This document shows, piece after piece, positions 37,049-46,224 of a stretch of DNA of 46,224 bases. The stretch's first letter is position 1, and the number at the start of each line of letters is the position of its first letter. The notes under the pieces were generated by a model. It was not told where the DNA came from. It was given only the letters and a program-made list of their open reading frames with translations, and made no database searches. The translations under genes were made by a program, and so were the position numbers. The stretch covers positions 1 through 46,224 of the forward strand of contig JAPLYT010000002.1 of the NCBI GenBank assembly GCA_026395435.1, written 5' to 3'. Source of the DNA: Candidatus Saccharimonadota bacterium. Its GTDB lineage: Bacteria; Patescibacteriota; Saccharimonadia; Saccharimonadales; AWTP1-31.

Positions 37049-37229
37049 AGGGTTCCTTTCTATTAATACAGGTATGAAAAGACGATCACTATCACTTCTT
37101 TAGTCTAATCATATCTGTTAAAGCGAATTAAATATTGCGAACAAGATTATTGAAAATATCTAGATAATCTTGTATCTATCATACTGCCCCTGCAGTATAT
37201 CGGCAAGGATAACCGCAAAAGGAGAGTTA

Positions 37230-38114
37230 CTAGATAGCAACCGCAAATACGATTATTCGTTGGTTATATTCGCCAGATTTTTCATCATAGGTGCCCGTGC
37301 AAGTAATTAAATTTAGCCCTTGCTTGCCTGTTTCGGCAGAAATTAATGCATCAGACATATCGGTGTCGGCCACATCTGTCGTGTTACTTTTAACAACCTT
37401 ATAGCGAAATACTGTTCCGTCTCCTCGCTCTACTTCAATTACATCACCCGCTACCAATTTTTTGATGTTATAGAAAACACCACGTTGCGTTGGTCCGGCT
37501 ACATGGCCGTCTAGCAACATTGCTCCGCCTTCTCCGGGCTTACTACTACTTGTGAACCAACCAGCATCATTAACGTTACCTGGTGCCTTGAGAGCTCCTG
37601 ATTTTGTTGTAGTCTGAGGCATCACACGTGCTGCAACCCCAATCTTTGCTATACGTACATAGCGAGGGCGAGTAGGGTCTACGGTGTATGCTCCGTAGGC
37701 CGCTGCCGTAGGTTTCTGCTCTGTAGGGATTGGAGCCTCTTCTGAATTCTTTGCTTTTTCTGCGACTGTGGCAACCTGAGCGGCAACATGCTTGTTTGTC
37801 CTCAGCCCAAGTCCTGCTACACCAAGCCCAACAACAAATACTGTCATAGCCATGCTTAACAGAGCTTTTTGTTTAATAGACGTAGTGTTCCGAATCTTGG
37901 TTTTCTTTGGCGCCACGGTAACGCGTCTTTGAAGAACCTGAGACTTGCATTGACGAGGCTTGATGGGCAATGCTGCGATATTCCTCTGTACAGTTACAGG
38001 TGATTTTCTCTTTTTTGGAAGATGCCTAAAAGCAGTACCCCGTGATGAAATGCGCAGAGATCCAGCCTTGAACAATGAATTATTGAGAATATTTTGTTGC
38101 GCCATTGTGACCAA
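37230..38114 (-). CDS. Class F sortase
   Basis: TM anchor; AGWF..S.KPG, LLDGHV, LNLITCTG, R.IVFA. Confidence 0.9.
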   Translation of the reverse strand: MVTMAQQNILNNSLFKAGSLRISSRGTAFRHLPKKRKSPVTVQRNIAALPIKPRQCKSQVLQRRVTVAPKKTKIRNTTSIKQKALLSMAMTVFVVGLGVAGLGLRTNKHVAAQVATVAEKAKNSEEAPIPTEQKPTAAAYGAYTVDPTRPRYVRIAKIGVAARVMPQTTTKSGALKAPGNVNDAGWFTSSSKPGEGGAMLLDGHVAGPTQRGVFYNIKKLVAGDVIEVERGDGTVFRYKVVKSNTTDVADTDMSDALISAETGKQGLNLITCTGTYDEKSGEYNQRIIVFAVAI

Positions 38115-38151
38115 TTTTTATGTTTGTTTTTGTTTGAAAGATTATTTGCTG

Positions 38152-39804
38152 TTAACGACGACTTCGTTTTGTAGCTGGCTTCAATCGTCGGGACATTATG
38201 AGGATCGCACCTGCGGCAGCTACTGCGACGCTGAGTATGATAGCCGGATTGTTCATAAGTAGGCTAAATCCTGTATCCGGAACCCCTACTGAGACGACCG
38301 TGAGTGTGACATCGTTTCCGTCACCACCAACATAGCTAATTTTTAGCACCGTTCCGCTGGCCGTCTTAAATGTGGCACCTTCGGCTAGATCTTTGAATGT
38401 ACCAACTACTTTATCAGCCGCATCATTATCGATAATGGTAAACTTTTCACCTCCAACAAGCTTGTATCCGTTGATGATACTAGCACTCAATGTGCCACTG
38501 AGTGGTGTCCCTACACTTTGAGACAAAGTTACTGTTCCCGTTACCTTCATTTGATCGTGAAGCGTACACGGCGTGACACCCGCGATCTCTGCCTGATACG
38601 TGCCGAAGACTGTTAAATCGCCTGATGAAATACAACCTGGTGACATTCCAGGAGCTACTGTGCCTCCTTCTGAAATGGTTAGTGAACCCTTGAAAGTTCC
38701 TGTGCCCTTTAATGTCGACTTCGACGTCACGAACCCGCTTTGATATGTACCAGTAACTGTTGCTGTTTCATTCTTCTTTAAGGATATATCAGTTTGAGGA
38801 GAGTTGGCTTCATACTTGGTTGTTGTAGCCGGTGTTTCGGTTGTGCCATTTGGACTACTTGAAGTATTGCTTGACGAATTAATTACTAGCGTTCCGTACT
38901 CACCATCCAGAAGCATTATCGTATGGCTCCCAGATAGTGCACCAGTAATCGTCACAGTACCGTATGCGCTGACTTTGACATCGGCACCTAATACGATCGC
39001 ACCGGCAAAGGTAATGTTACTGTCTGAGCATTCACTATATCCACAAGCAGTCGAGACTACGACGGAACCCTGACTATTTCTTGTAGTACCGTTTAGCGTG
39101 AAGGGCTCGTTAATAGTTGCAAGCTTATCAGATTCATAAAAAAATAAATTCAACTGCGCAGCATCATTAAAGGTAGATCCAGCCGAAGATGCTCCGAAAG
39201 CAGTTGGTTTTACGGCACTAATTATGCCTTCCTCCGCCAAGAATGTTCCTGTAAACGTATTACTGCCGTATAGTCCCATTGCCCCAGGTCCTACCTTTGT
39301 AATATTTCCAGAACCACTTATAACCCCACTGAATAGAACACTTGAGCTTGAATATAGTACGCTAATTTCTACTGCAGATGTAACCTCAATATTTAAATCA
39401 AATACTCCCTGTACGCCAGTATTATCTGCCCGTTTTGAGGTGTTTATAATACCTGTTGTTATCGCTATACTGTTGCCAGCTAAAGTATAATCGGTTTCCA
39501 AATTATTGGCGGTAGTGCCTGAAAAAGTGATACTAGCAAACGATGTTCCAGCGGTAATATCATTGTTAAGCGTTCTGTTTGTGACGCCCGTACCAGAAGG
39601 GAAAACAAGGCTATCACCGGCGCCAGGGACTGCGGCTCCGTCGGTTGCACAGCTCCAGTTAGCCGCGGTATTCCAGCTACTATTTGTTGCCCCCGTCCAT
39701 GTACAGACATCGACGGCTGCGCTAGCGATCATTGGCGCGAACACGAAGAGTGATGAAAGGCTTAAGACCGTAGCACCGAGTCCAGATAATATTCTTTTTA
39801 ACAT
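38152..39804 (-). CDS. Sortase-anchored surface protein with beta-helix/autotransporter-associated repeats
   Basis: Signal peptide; WTG...WNTAANW; TKVGPGAMGLYGSNTFTG; ISYVGGDGNDVTL; C-terminal VPDTG + TM + basic tail. Confidence 0.85.
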   Translation of the reverse strand: MLKRILSGLGATVLSLSSLFVFAPMIASAAVDVCTWTGATNSSWNTAANWSCATDGAAVPGAGDSLVFPSGTGVTNRTLNNDITAGTSFASITFSGTTANNLETDYTLAGNSIAITTGIINTSKRADNTGVQGVFDLNIEVTSAVEISVLYSSSSVLFSGVISGSGNITKVGPGAMGLYGSNTFTGTFLAEEGIISAVKPTAFGASSAGSTFNDAAQLNLFFYESDKLATINEPFTLNGTTRNSQGSVVVSTACGYSECSDSNITFAGAIVLGADVKVSAYGTVTITGALSGSHTIMLLDGEYGTLVINSSSNTSSSPNGTTETPATTTKYEANSPQTDISLKKNETATVTGTYQSGFVTSKSTLKGTGTFKGSLTISEGGTVAPGMSPGCISSGDLTVFGTYQAEIAGVTPCTLHDQMKVTGTVTLSQSVGTPLSGTLSASIINGYKLVGGEKFTIIDNDAADKVVGTFKDLAEGATFKTASGTVLKISYVGGDGNDVTLTVVSVGVPDTGFSLLMNNPAIILSVAVAAAGAILIMSRRLKPATKRSRR

Positions 39805-39878
39805 ATAGTTTACCTTTTGATTTTTATTTTAGAGAACCTTAAATCTAGCATAAGCGCAATACCATGCGTTGTCAAGTA

Positions 39879-40271
39879 TTATTTACGGGGTTGAGTGATG
39901 TGGGGTTCGCCGCCATAGAGCGGACTAACTTGGCGGTCGTCTTCTTTTGCAGCCAAGCATTGTAAACCTGCAGAAAGCCATTCTTCATTACTTTCTCCCA
40001 CAATAGGCACGGCAAGAGAGCTAGCTAATGCGTTGGCAAGACTAATGCCGATGCGGAGGCCAGTGAAGCTGCCAGGCCCTTTGTAGATCACTATTCCTTC
40101 AATATCTTGGATTGTCAGAGACTGCTTCTTGAGCATTGCTTGTATTTTGAGGTGAATTGTCTCTGCAAGATGCCGATGGGCTGGCCATATCTCATAGGCT
40201 ATTTTTTTGTCATCATCGAATAGTCCGATTTCGGAATCTGGTTTATCGGTACGAATTACGAGTATTTGCAT
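39879..40271 (-). CDS. tsaB: t6A biosynthesis protein TsaB (short form)
   Basis: GPGSFTGLRIG motif; near tsaE. Confidence 0.9.
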   Translation of the reverse strand: MQILVIRTDKPDSEIGLFDDDKKIAYEIWPAHRHLAETIHLKIQAMLKKQSLTIQDIEGIVIYKGPGSFTGLRIGISLANALASSLAVPIVGESNEEWLSAGLQCLAAKEDDRQVSPLYGGEPHITQPRK

Positions 40272-40314
40272 ACTTCTAGTATACGATACCTCTACCGGAC
40301 GTTACTACGATTTC

Positions 40315-41097
40315 TTAGTATGTAGGATCGGGCTTACACTGTGAAGTGATAGTTATACTGGTGTTCCTCTGACTATCAATTGGTCCATCATCTAATGTAT
40401 AAATATCTGGTTCGAGCATAGTAATTCTACTTTTATCAAAGCCTTGCGCAATTAATTCGTCTTTAATTTTCGAGGCGCGTTGATTTGCAAATGCTATATT
40501 TGCTGCGCTATTACCACTGCCGCCAACATCTTTTATTTTTCCTTCTATTTCTAGCGTCCAATATCTATCTTTATATGTTGAGTAAAATTTGCCAAATTTA
40601 GCAAAAGTTTTTACGTCTTGATCTGGGTATTCGTATTCAAGACTATCCGGTTTAAAAAATACTGCCTCGCCAAGAACAGTTGATTCAGTAGGTTGATCAT
40701 AATAGTTTGGTGTATCGCCGAAATCACTAAATAGTTTATAGTCATCTGGGCGCAAGCAACGGGCGAAGTCAGCATTAGGATCAGCTTTAATTTTTACTTC
40801 TGGCTTAGCTTCTTTTGTTGCGTTAGTAGAGGCAGTGGGTTTGGCATCGGTAGATTTTTTCTTATCTTTGCCGAGCGTAAAGAGCGCTAAGACACCACCA
40901 GCTAGTATAACTACTACTAGAACGACGATTATGATTATAAGTTTTTTGTTGCCCGAGTTTTTTGGCGGAGGTGTTTGAACGGGGGAGGCGGAAGCTATCG
41001 GTTCGACTGGCGAAGTAACTGTTGGTTGCGATGGGCTGTATGGTGCGGGCTCTGCAGGAGTATCGTTGTTTAGTGGTGTTTCTGGTTGTTGGTCCAT
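40315..41097 (-). CDS. Membrane-anchored protein with OmpA-C-like domain
   Basis: Pro-rich N-terminus, TM, then VFFKPDS...IEGK...NIAFANQRASKIKDELIAQGFDKSRI...QRNTSI. Confidence 0.6.
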   Translation of the reverse strand: MDQQPETPLNNDTPAEPAPYSPSQPTVTSPVEPIASASPVQTPPPKNSGNKKLIIIIVVLVVVILAGGVLALFTLGKDKKKSTDAKPTASTNATKEAKPEVKIKADPNADFARCLRPDDYKLFSDFGDTPNYYDQPTESTVLGEAVFFKPDSLEYEYPDQDVKTFAKFGKFYSTYKDRYWTLEIEGKIKDVGGSGNSAANIAFANQRASKIKDELIAQGFDKSRITMLEPDIYTLDDGPIDSQRNTSITITSQCKPDPTY

Positions 41098-41157
41098 GAG
41101 AATCCTTGTTTTGAATAGTGATTACGCTTATTGTAGCAAAGTTCAATCAATCGTGGG

Positions 41158-41616
41158 TTATGTGATCGAGTCGAGTATGGCTTTGGGGGCTTTTATTGAA
41201 AGTTGACGTTCATGCTCAGAGACGTTTTTGATGGTGATAGTGATTCGTTCCTTGGGCAGGATATCGGCCACAATGTCAGCCCATTCGACCACAATAACAG
41301 CGTGGGGGTCGGAGAGCCCTTCTTGAAGCTCATGCTCCATAATGCCGGGCTCGCTGAGACGATAGAAATCGTAGTGATACAGGGTGAGCGCGTCTGCGCG
41401 ATATTGCTTGCATATCATAAAAGTAGGACTGGCTACTGTATCAGTGCTCCCCATACCGCGGGCTAAGCCACGAACAAAGGTGGTTTTGCCTCCGCCGAGG
41501 TCGCTCATGAGTTCAATTACTTCGCCACCGCGAAGGAGTTTACCGATTTTTTCGCCGATTGCTTCGGTGTTCTCGGAGTTTTTGGATAAATGTTGCAGCG
41601 TCACGTCGGTATTCAT
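41158..41616 (-). CDS. tsaE: t6A biosynthesis ATPase TsaE
   Basis: DLGGGKTTF, SPTF, HYDFYRL, VVEW. Confidence 0.95.
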   Translation of the reverse strand: MNTDVTLQHLSKNSENTEAIGEKIGKLLRGGEVIELMSDLGGGKTTFVRGLARGMGSTDTVASPTFMICKQYRADALTLYHYDFYRLSEPGIMEHELQEGLSDPHAVIVVEWADIVADILPKERITITIKNVSEHERQLSIKAPKAILDSIT

Positions 41617-42811
41617 ATGCCCCGTATAGTACCGCGCTTCCCCCTACTCCTGCAAGAATTCCTGGGTGAAGGGTAGGGGTAGGTTCTTCGTTTTTTGATT
41701 TTTTGGGTTTGTCAGTGACCTTCTTCTTGTCTGTAGTTTTTGATTTGATTGCTTTGGTGGTTGTTTTTCTCGAGGCAACTTTGGGCACTTTGATTGGCTT
41801 TGGTGGTGCGGCCAAAGGTATGCTGGCGGACTGTGCAGTGGAGGCTTTAACAATATTTACTGCACCTGGTGTCGCTGTATCTGACCATGCCCATGTTGAC
41901 CCGTCCCACGCCCATGTTTTATTTTCGAGGGCAGTATCATAAGGGCTTGTTTCGCTAACCGTAGTTCCTCCAGGATTTTTCAAAACTACTTGACCTCCAG
42001 AATTAGATAATGCTATTCGGGTATCACGCGCGAAAAGCGCCTTGTACTCGTCAGGCTGTAACGTCATGTCGGGTATTTTGTATGAATACGATAAGTTAGT
42101 GCCAGCCCAGATAGAGTAGCCTTTTAGTTGCACTGAATCTGATGATCCATTATGGAGCTCGATGAATTCGTCTTTGGAGTCCGTGAGTGGGCTCCCCGGG
42201 TTTGGTAAAAGCTCACTGATAGTTATGATCGTAGATTGATCAACGGCATTTTGCATAGTGGCATCTGCGGAAGATGGGGTAGAGAAGTCAGCGGCATTGT
42301 CTCCAGTTGTACTATAATCGCCATTATTAGTCTTTTGTCTTCGCAAAATTTCACCTGGTGCCGGAGCGAGCGCAGGATTACCTGAGGCGTGCGTAGCTGT
42401 GCCCCAGCCAACAAGGTCGTAGGTTGTTTTCATATCATTACTCCGCAAGCGCAGGTGACCACCTGAAGCGGCCAGCGTTGGTGCGAAATGAACATCTGCT
42501 TTTTCGATCATGAAATTGGTACTTGTTAACATATACGTGCTTTGGGGTGTAATGGAACCCGAAAGAATGATAGTTCGGCTTGGAATTGAGAAATCTTTTG
42601 GCGCGGACGACAAGTATTCTAATTTCCATCCAGTTATGTCTTGGTTTTGCGACGAAGTATTGTAGAGTTCTATCAATTCTTCACTCGCAGATGTCTTGCT
42701 CCCTGTCTGAATTCCAACCACTATGACCGAAGATACTGCGTAAATATGCGCAGGGAACACGGGGACGAATATCCCCAAAACCATTACTATTACCCCTGTT
42801 GACCACCTCAT
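41540..42811 (-). CDS. Secreted lamin-tail-domain protein (two LTDs) with C-terminal anchor
   Basis: EELIELYN...DITGWKL and ISELLPNP...DEFIELHN...LSNSGGQV; C-terminal hydrophobic segment. Confidence 0.8.
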   Translation of the reverse strand: MRWSTGVIVMVLGIFVPVFPAHIYAVSSVIVVGIQTGSKTSASEELIELYNTSSQNQDITGWKLEYLSSAPKDFSIPSRTIILSGSITPQSTYMLTSTNFMIEKADVHFAPTLAASGGHLRLRSNDMKTTYDLVGWGTATHASGNPALAPAPGEILRRQKTNNGDYSTTGDNAADFSTPSSADATMQNAVDQSTIITISELLPNPGSPLTDSKDEFIELHNGSSDSVQLKGYSIWAGTNLSYSYKIPDMTLQPDEYKALFARDTRIALSNSGGQVVLKNPGGTTVSETSPYDTALENKTWAWDGSTWAWSDTATPGAVNIVKASTAQSASIPLAAPPKPIKVPKVASRKTTTKAIKSKTTDKKKVTDKPKKSKNEEPTPTLHPGILAGVGGSAVLYGAYEYRRDAATFIQKLREHRSNRRKNR

Positions 42812-42928
42812 AATTGGTATACTATACTCTCTCAAAAATATATTGCAAAACATTTTTTATATAAGCACAAACAGCACAAAATGCTCAACCTGTATTCACT
42901 CCTTTCCGTGGTATATACTAGTGGCAGT

Positions 42929-43468
42929 ATGTTGATTTTAAGCAAAATGATAATGAACCGCCCGGTCATGAGTCTCCGTACTGGTCGCCCGGTGGCGACT
43001 GCTTTTGCTCCTATCATTAACCCCAATAACCTCAAGATCGAAGGATTTTTCTGCGAGGATTCAATCGATAAAAAACAACAATTAATATTGCTTCATCAAG
43101 ATATTCGAGATGTATTACCTGCCGGGCTTGTCGTGAATGATCACGATGTACTATCTGAGCCTGAAGACCTTATCCGGCTCAAAGACGTCATTGAACTCAA
43201 CTTTTCAGTTATGGGTAAATTAGTAGTGACTGAGAAAAAGAAAAAACTTGGTAAAGTGGTCGATTATGCGTTAGAGCCAGAAAGCATGATAATCAAAAAA
43301 TTATACGTTTCTCAATCGATTATCAAAAGTTTTAGTGGCGGTACGCTTGGTGTTGATAGAACTCAGATAGTCGAGATAACCAATAATAAGATAATTATCA
43401 AAGATCCTTTGCAGATGCTTAAAGCAAAGGTTGCTGTGCCTAAACTTACTACTGCCGAAGCAGTATAA
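42929..43468 (+). CDS. PRC-barrel domain protein
   Basis: Two PRC-like repeats (PVMSLRTG...INPNNLKIEGF; GKLVVTEKKKKLGKVVDY). Confidence 0.72.
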   Translation: MLILSKMIMNRPVMSLRTGRPVATAFAPIINPNNLKIEGFFCEDSIDKKQQLILLHQDIRDVLPAGLVVNDHDVLSEPEDLIRLKDVIELNFSVMGKLVVTEKKKKLGKVVDYALEPESMIIKKLYVSQSIIKSFSGGTLGVDRTQIVEITNNKIIIKDPLQMLKAKVAVPKLTTAEAV

Positions 43469-43504
43469 GACTTCCTTCATACATTTGTTTCGACAAATCT
43501 ACCT

Positions 43505-43884
43505 GATACTTTTGAAGTCAAAAGTATCCAAAAACTCTTGGACCACTCTCTCATATAGATACACTACGTATGTCTAATAAAACAACAGGCTTGCGGAACT
43601 CGCTTCGCTCAAACAGTCCTCGCCTGTTAGTTGTTTTATCGACCGTAGTTGTATCTCATGAGTTCGCGATGTCCGTATAAAGACAAGAACTATTAAATAT
43701 TGTCTTGTCTAAGTACGGGCATCGGAAAAATCCGAAGCAAGCTGTAATACTCAAAGGGAACGAAGTCGAGGACTGTCTGAGCGTAGCGAGTTCCGCAGAC
43801 TTCTTCTTTTTGAGATTATAAGCTTGTGCTCGATATTTTTCTGGCCCTGATGGTTCCCCGATACTTTTGCCAAAACAAAAGTAT
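43505..43884. repeat. REPIN-like nested inverted-repeat element
   Basis: 30-bp IR 43593-43622 / 43767-43796 (28/30); GATACTTTTG..CAAAAGTAT hairpins at 43505 and 43860; central hairpin 43681-43710. Confidence 0.75.
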
Positions 43885-43940
43885 GAGAAGAGGCTTGACT
43901 TCAAGATTATTAGAATAGGCTAAAGGAATAAATCTTCTGA

Positions 43941-44549
43941 CTATTCAGTCTGCGAATCAGTAATTGCTTGCTTAACGTCAGTGTAGTTATAACCTTGGCG
44001 GATAAGGTATGCCATAAGTTTTTGAGTGTCCTGGTATCTTGTTTGCTTTTGCTTGCGGGCTACGAGTTCTCGTAGAACTTCATTTTCATCGGTCTCGTCT
44101 TGAGCTAATGCGGCGGAAATGACATCGTCACTTACGCGTTTGGCTTTTAATTCCTGGGTAATGCGTCGGGCGCTGGTCGATTTCAGTAACCTCCGGTTTT
44201 CAACCCACATTAGGGCAAAAGCAGCATCATCCAGCCAGCGTGATTTGTAAAGCCGTTCTACCAAAGAATCAATTAGTTCGGGCTCATATTCTTTACGCTT
44301 GAAGTAATCGCGAATTTCCCATTCACTCCGCTTCCTCCGGGCGATGAGCCCAAGTGCTTGGCCATATGTCTTATCTGATCGAGCACTGTCTTTAAGCTCA
44401 GCAAGCTCACCGGGTGTGATTTCTTTACCGACCTTAAGCGTGCTAGCCATCAAGGCAGACTCACTCAGCCCAAAACTGAACTTGTCATCCACGAAAATAG
44501 AATACCGCTCGGGCGATTTTACTTGCTGTTTGATGTCTGTAATTTTCAT
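43941..44549 (-). CDS. recX: Regulatory protein RecX
   Basis: RSEWEIRDY, LDDAAFA, ELKAKRV, YLIRQGY; downstream of recA. Confidence 0.9.
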   Translation of the reverse strand: MKITDIKQQVKSPERYSIFVDDKFSFGLSESALMASTLKVGKEITPGELAELKDSARSDKTYGQALGLIARRKRSEWEIRDYFKRKEYEPELIDSLVERLYKSRWLDDAAFALMWVENRRLLKSTSARRITQELKAKRVSDDVISAALAQDETDENEVLRELVARKQKQTRYQDTQKLMAYLIRQGYNYTDVKQAITDSQTE

Positions 44550-44555
44550 TTTCGG

Positions 44556-45134
44556 CTAAATAATACCGTCATGTCGAAGCTGATCAGCAAGCTTGGGAAG
44601 TTCGGTTAGTCCAGAACTGGAGCCGAGATGATGACCATTCTGGATGACTATAAATTTTCCACCGAGTTCTTCGCAAAGATTTCGAGCATCATCGATGTCA
44701 CAATATGGATCATTACTGCCATGTACGAAGTAGAAAGACGAAGCGCGTTTTTTGATTGCAGTAGCATCGTAGTTGTCAAGAAAGAGGTTATCGAACTGAC
44801 CAGGCTGTACCCAATCAGCATCTTTTGTTAGTTTCTGATTGAGAAAAGTCCCCGCGAGTATCACTGTCGATGCATTCGGGAACCAGTCTGACGACAGCAA
44901 ATTCAAGGCTGTAGTTGCGCCAGAAGAATGGCCGACAATAATATTATTGGTAAAGTCCCATCCAGAGTCCTGTAAGAATTTCTCGTATGTGTGTCTATTT
45001 GGCGTTTTATTTTCTGGTAGTAGAGGAGCAAAAACCTCATATCCAGCTGCCTCAAGCAGATTTCGCATCCATGGTAGCCAATCATTCTCAGGGGCACTAT
45101 CGGTACTGTGTAAAATTAAAGCTCGTTTTGTCAT
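44556..45134 (-). CDS. RBBP9/YdeN-like alpha/beta hydrolase
   Basis: WLPW, VGHSSG nucleophile elbow, SNDPY, GHHL. Confidence 0.85.
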   Translation of the reverse strand: MTKRALILHSTDSAPENDWLPWMRNLLEAAGYEVFAPLLPENKTPNRHTYEKFLQDSGWDFTNNIIVGHSSGATTALNLLSSDWFPNASTVILAGTFLNQKLTKDADWVQPGQFDNLFLDNYDATAIKKRASSFYFVHGSNDPYCDIDDARNLCEELGGKFIVIQNGHHLGSSSGLTELPKLADQLRHDGII

Positions 45135-45135
45135 C

Positions 45136-45510
45136 TTATGATTGTATCTTAACCATCGTTTCGCGAACAACTTTCATAACCGCAGTGATATCACCATCTG
45201 CCTTAAAGAGCGTAATTGATTCTTCGTCGAACGGATTAGCATGGACGTGCCATTGCCCCTTATCCATACTAAGTGAGATGCCTGGTGTGAGTTCGTGAAC
45301 GTGCTCATTATCCCCATTCTCGTCGGAAAGTGTCATCTTACAGCTTCCAGATATTTGCAGTAGATTCTCACGAGCCAGCGGTCTGTTATGGCGAGCCAAC
45401 TCAGCCCCCGGCTGAAGTGTTAAGATGCCTGTAGTAAATATTTCGTCCGAATGAGAAAAGCTAAATCGAGCTTTTCCGTCTGATGATTCCCAAGTTTCAA
45501 ATACACTCAT
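45136..45510 (-). CDS. Cupin-domain protein
   Basis: LQPGAELARHNRP...E.L.QISG and GQWHVHAN. Confidence 0.78.
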   Translation of the reverse strand: MSVFETWESSDGKARFSFSHSDEIFTTGILTLQPGAELARHNRPLARENLLQISGSCKMTLSDENGDNEHVHELTPGISLSMDKGQWHVHANPFDEESITLFKADGDITAVMKVVRETMVKIQS

Positions 45511-45758
45511 ACGTTTTCTTCAGTGAATTTGCCGTCTACGCCGTCGAATACCGCGATCATGTCTACCGAATTTTGAGTTATGACAGGGCCTAGATCTTGT
45601 GCTGCGTTTGCATTGTCTCTGACTAATTCTGCAGCGAGCACAAGTACTTTACCTTTTTTTCCTGATTGAATCGCAGGATATACATGATCGGCGAGTTCAG
45701 TAAGGTCGTGTTCTGGGAAGAAAGTAAATGTGCCTTTTGTTGCTTTTGATTCGGGCAT
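45507..45758 (-). CDS. Small hypothetical protein
   Basis: MPESKATKGTFTFFPEHD...; RBS-like GGAGG within the recA end; overlaps the next start. Confidence 0.55.
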   Translation of the reverse strand: MPESKATKGTFTFFPEHDLTELADHVYPAIQSGKKGKVLVLAAELVRDNANAAQDLGPVITQNSVDMIAVFDGVDGKFTEENV

Positions 45759-45760
45759 AA

Positions 45761-46224
45761 TTATGCCTCCTTGGCGGCTGCCTCTTGGACTTTTATGGCT
45801 ATTTCGTCGAGGACTTTTGGATTTTCTTCGAGGTATTTCTTGGTAGCTTCGCGGCCTTGGCCGATTTTGCCTTCGCCATAGGCAAACCATGCACCTGATT
45901 TTTCGACGATGTCGCGTTCTACTGCGAGGTCGAGTACGTCACCACTGCGTGAAATACCTTGGTTATACATGATATCGAATTCGGCTTGGCGGAATGGCGG
46001 AGCAATCTTGTTTTTGACTACCTTCACTCTTGTGCGGTTGCCAATGATGGCGTCACCTTGTTTGATCTGAGCGATTCGACGAATATCCATACGTACCGAG
46101 GCATAGAATTTAAGGGCGTTACCACCAGTAGTGGTTTCGGGGTTGCCGAACATGACGCCAATTTTCATACGGATCTGGTTGATAAATATAACCGTGCCTT
46201 TAGAACGGCTGATGACACCAGTCA
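45761..46224 (-). CDS. recA: Recombinase RecA (3' part; truncated by the window edge)
   Basis: [46 protein letters not shown]. Confidence 0.98.
   Translation of the reverse strand, partial: TGVISRSKGTVIFINQIRMKIGVMFGNPETTTGGNALKFYASVRMDIRRIAQIKQGDAIIGNRTRVKVVKNKIAPPFRQAEFDIMYNQGISRSGDVLDLAVERDIVEKSGAWFAYGEGKIGQGREATKKYLEENPKVLDEIAIKVQEAAAKEA

Noticed and set aside
43656..43904. 82-aa ORF (also 35291-35526 and 29135-29320)
   Set aside because: These lie within palindromic non-coding elements and lack protein-like features.

Overview
Bacterial chromosomal window (genetic code 11) whose gene content and style suggest a Patescibacteria/CPR organism, probably Saccharibacteria (inference). The core scaffold comprises rimK with its partner protease, comEC, yebC-ruvCAB, rny, tsaE/tsaB, recA/recX and five tRNAs (Lys-TTT, Gly-TCC, Arg-TCT, His-GTG, Pro-TGG). 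Accessory genes include a heliorhodopsin, a CYTH/class IV cyclase-like protein, a Crp regulator with a perfect CRP box, a P1B-5-type ATPase, an Nramp transporter and a class F sortase with its VPDTG substrate. There are two clear mobile elements. One is a 2.09-kb IS1595 element (8942-11035; 25-bp IRs, 8-bp ACATAATT target duplication) carrying passenger genes. The other is a ~4.5-kb serine-recombinase island in the 3' end of tRNA-Pro (core TTGGTCG), whose recombinase would swap C-termini on excision. The most unusual signal is a family of 170-280 bp non-coding elements downstream of tRNA-Lys, tRNA-Gly and (displaced by the island) tRNA-Pro. Each is built from terminator + antisense copy of its own tRNA 3' half + a sense copy split at the T-loop by an insert with a shared core CTCGGAATnnATTCCTGYG. 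Many genes appear leaderless (-10 box 6-7 nt before ATG). All calls come from reading the sequence and ORF track; no searches were run.
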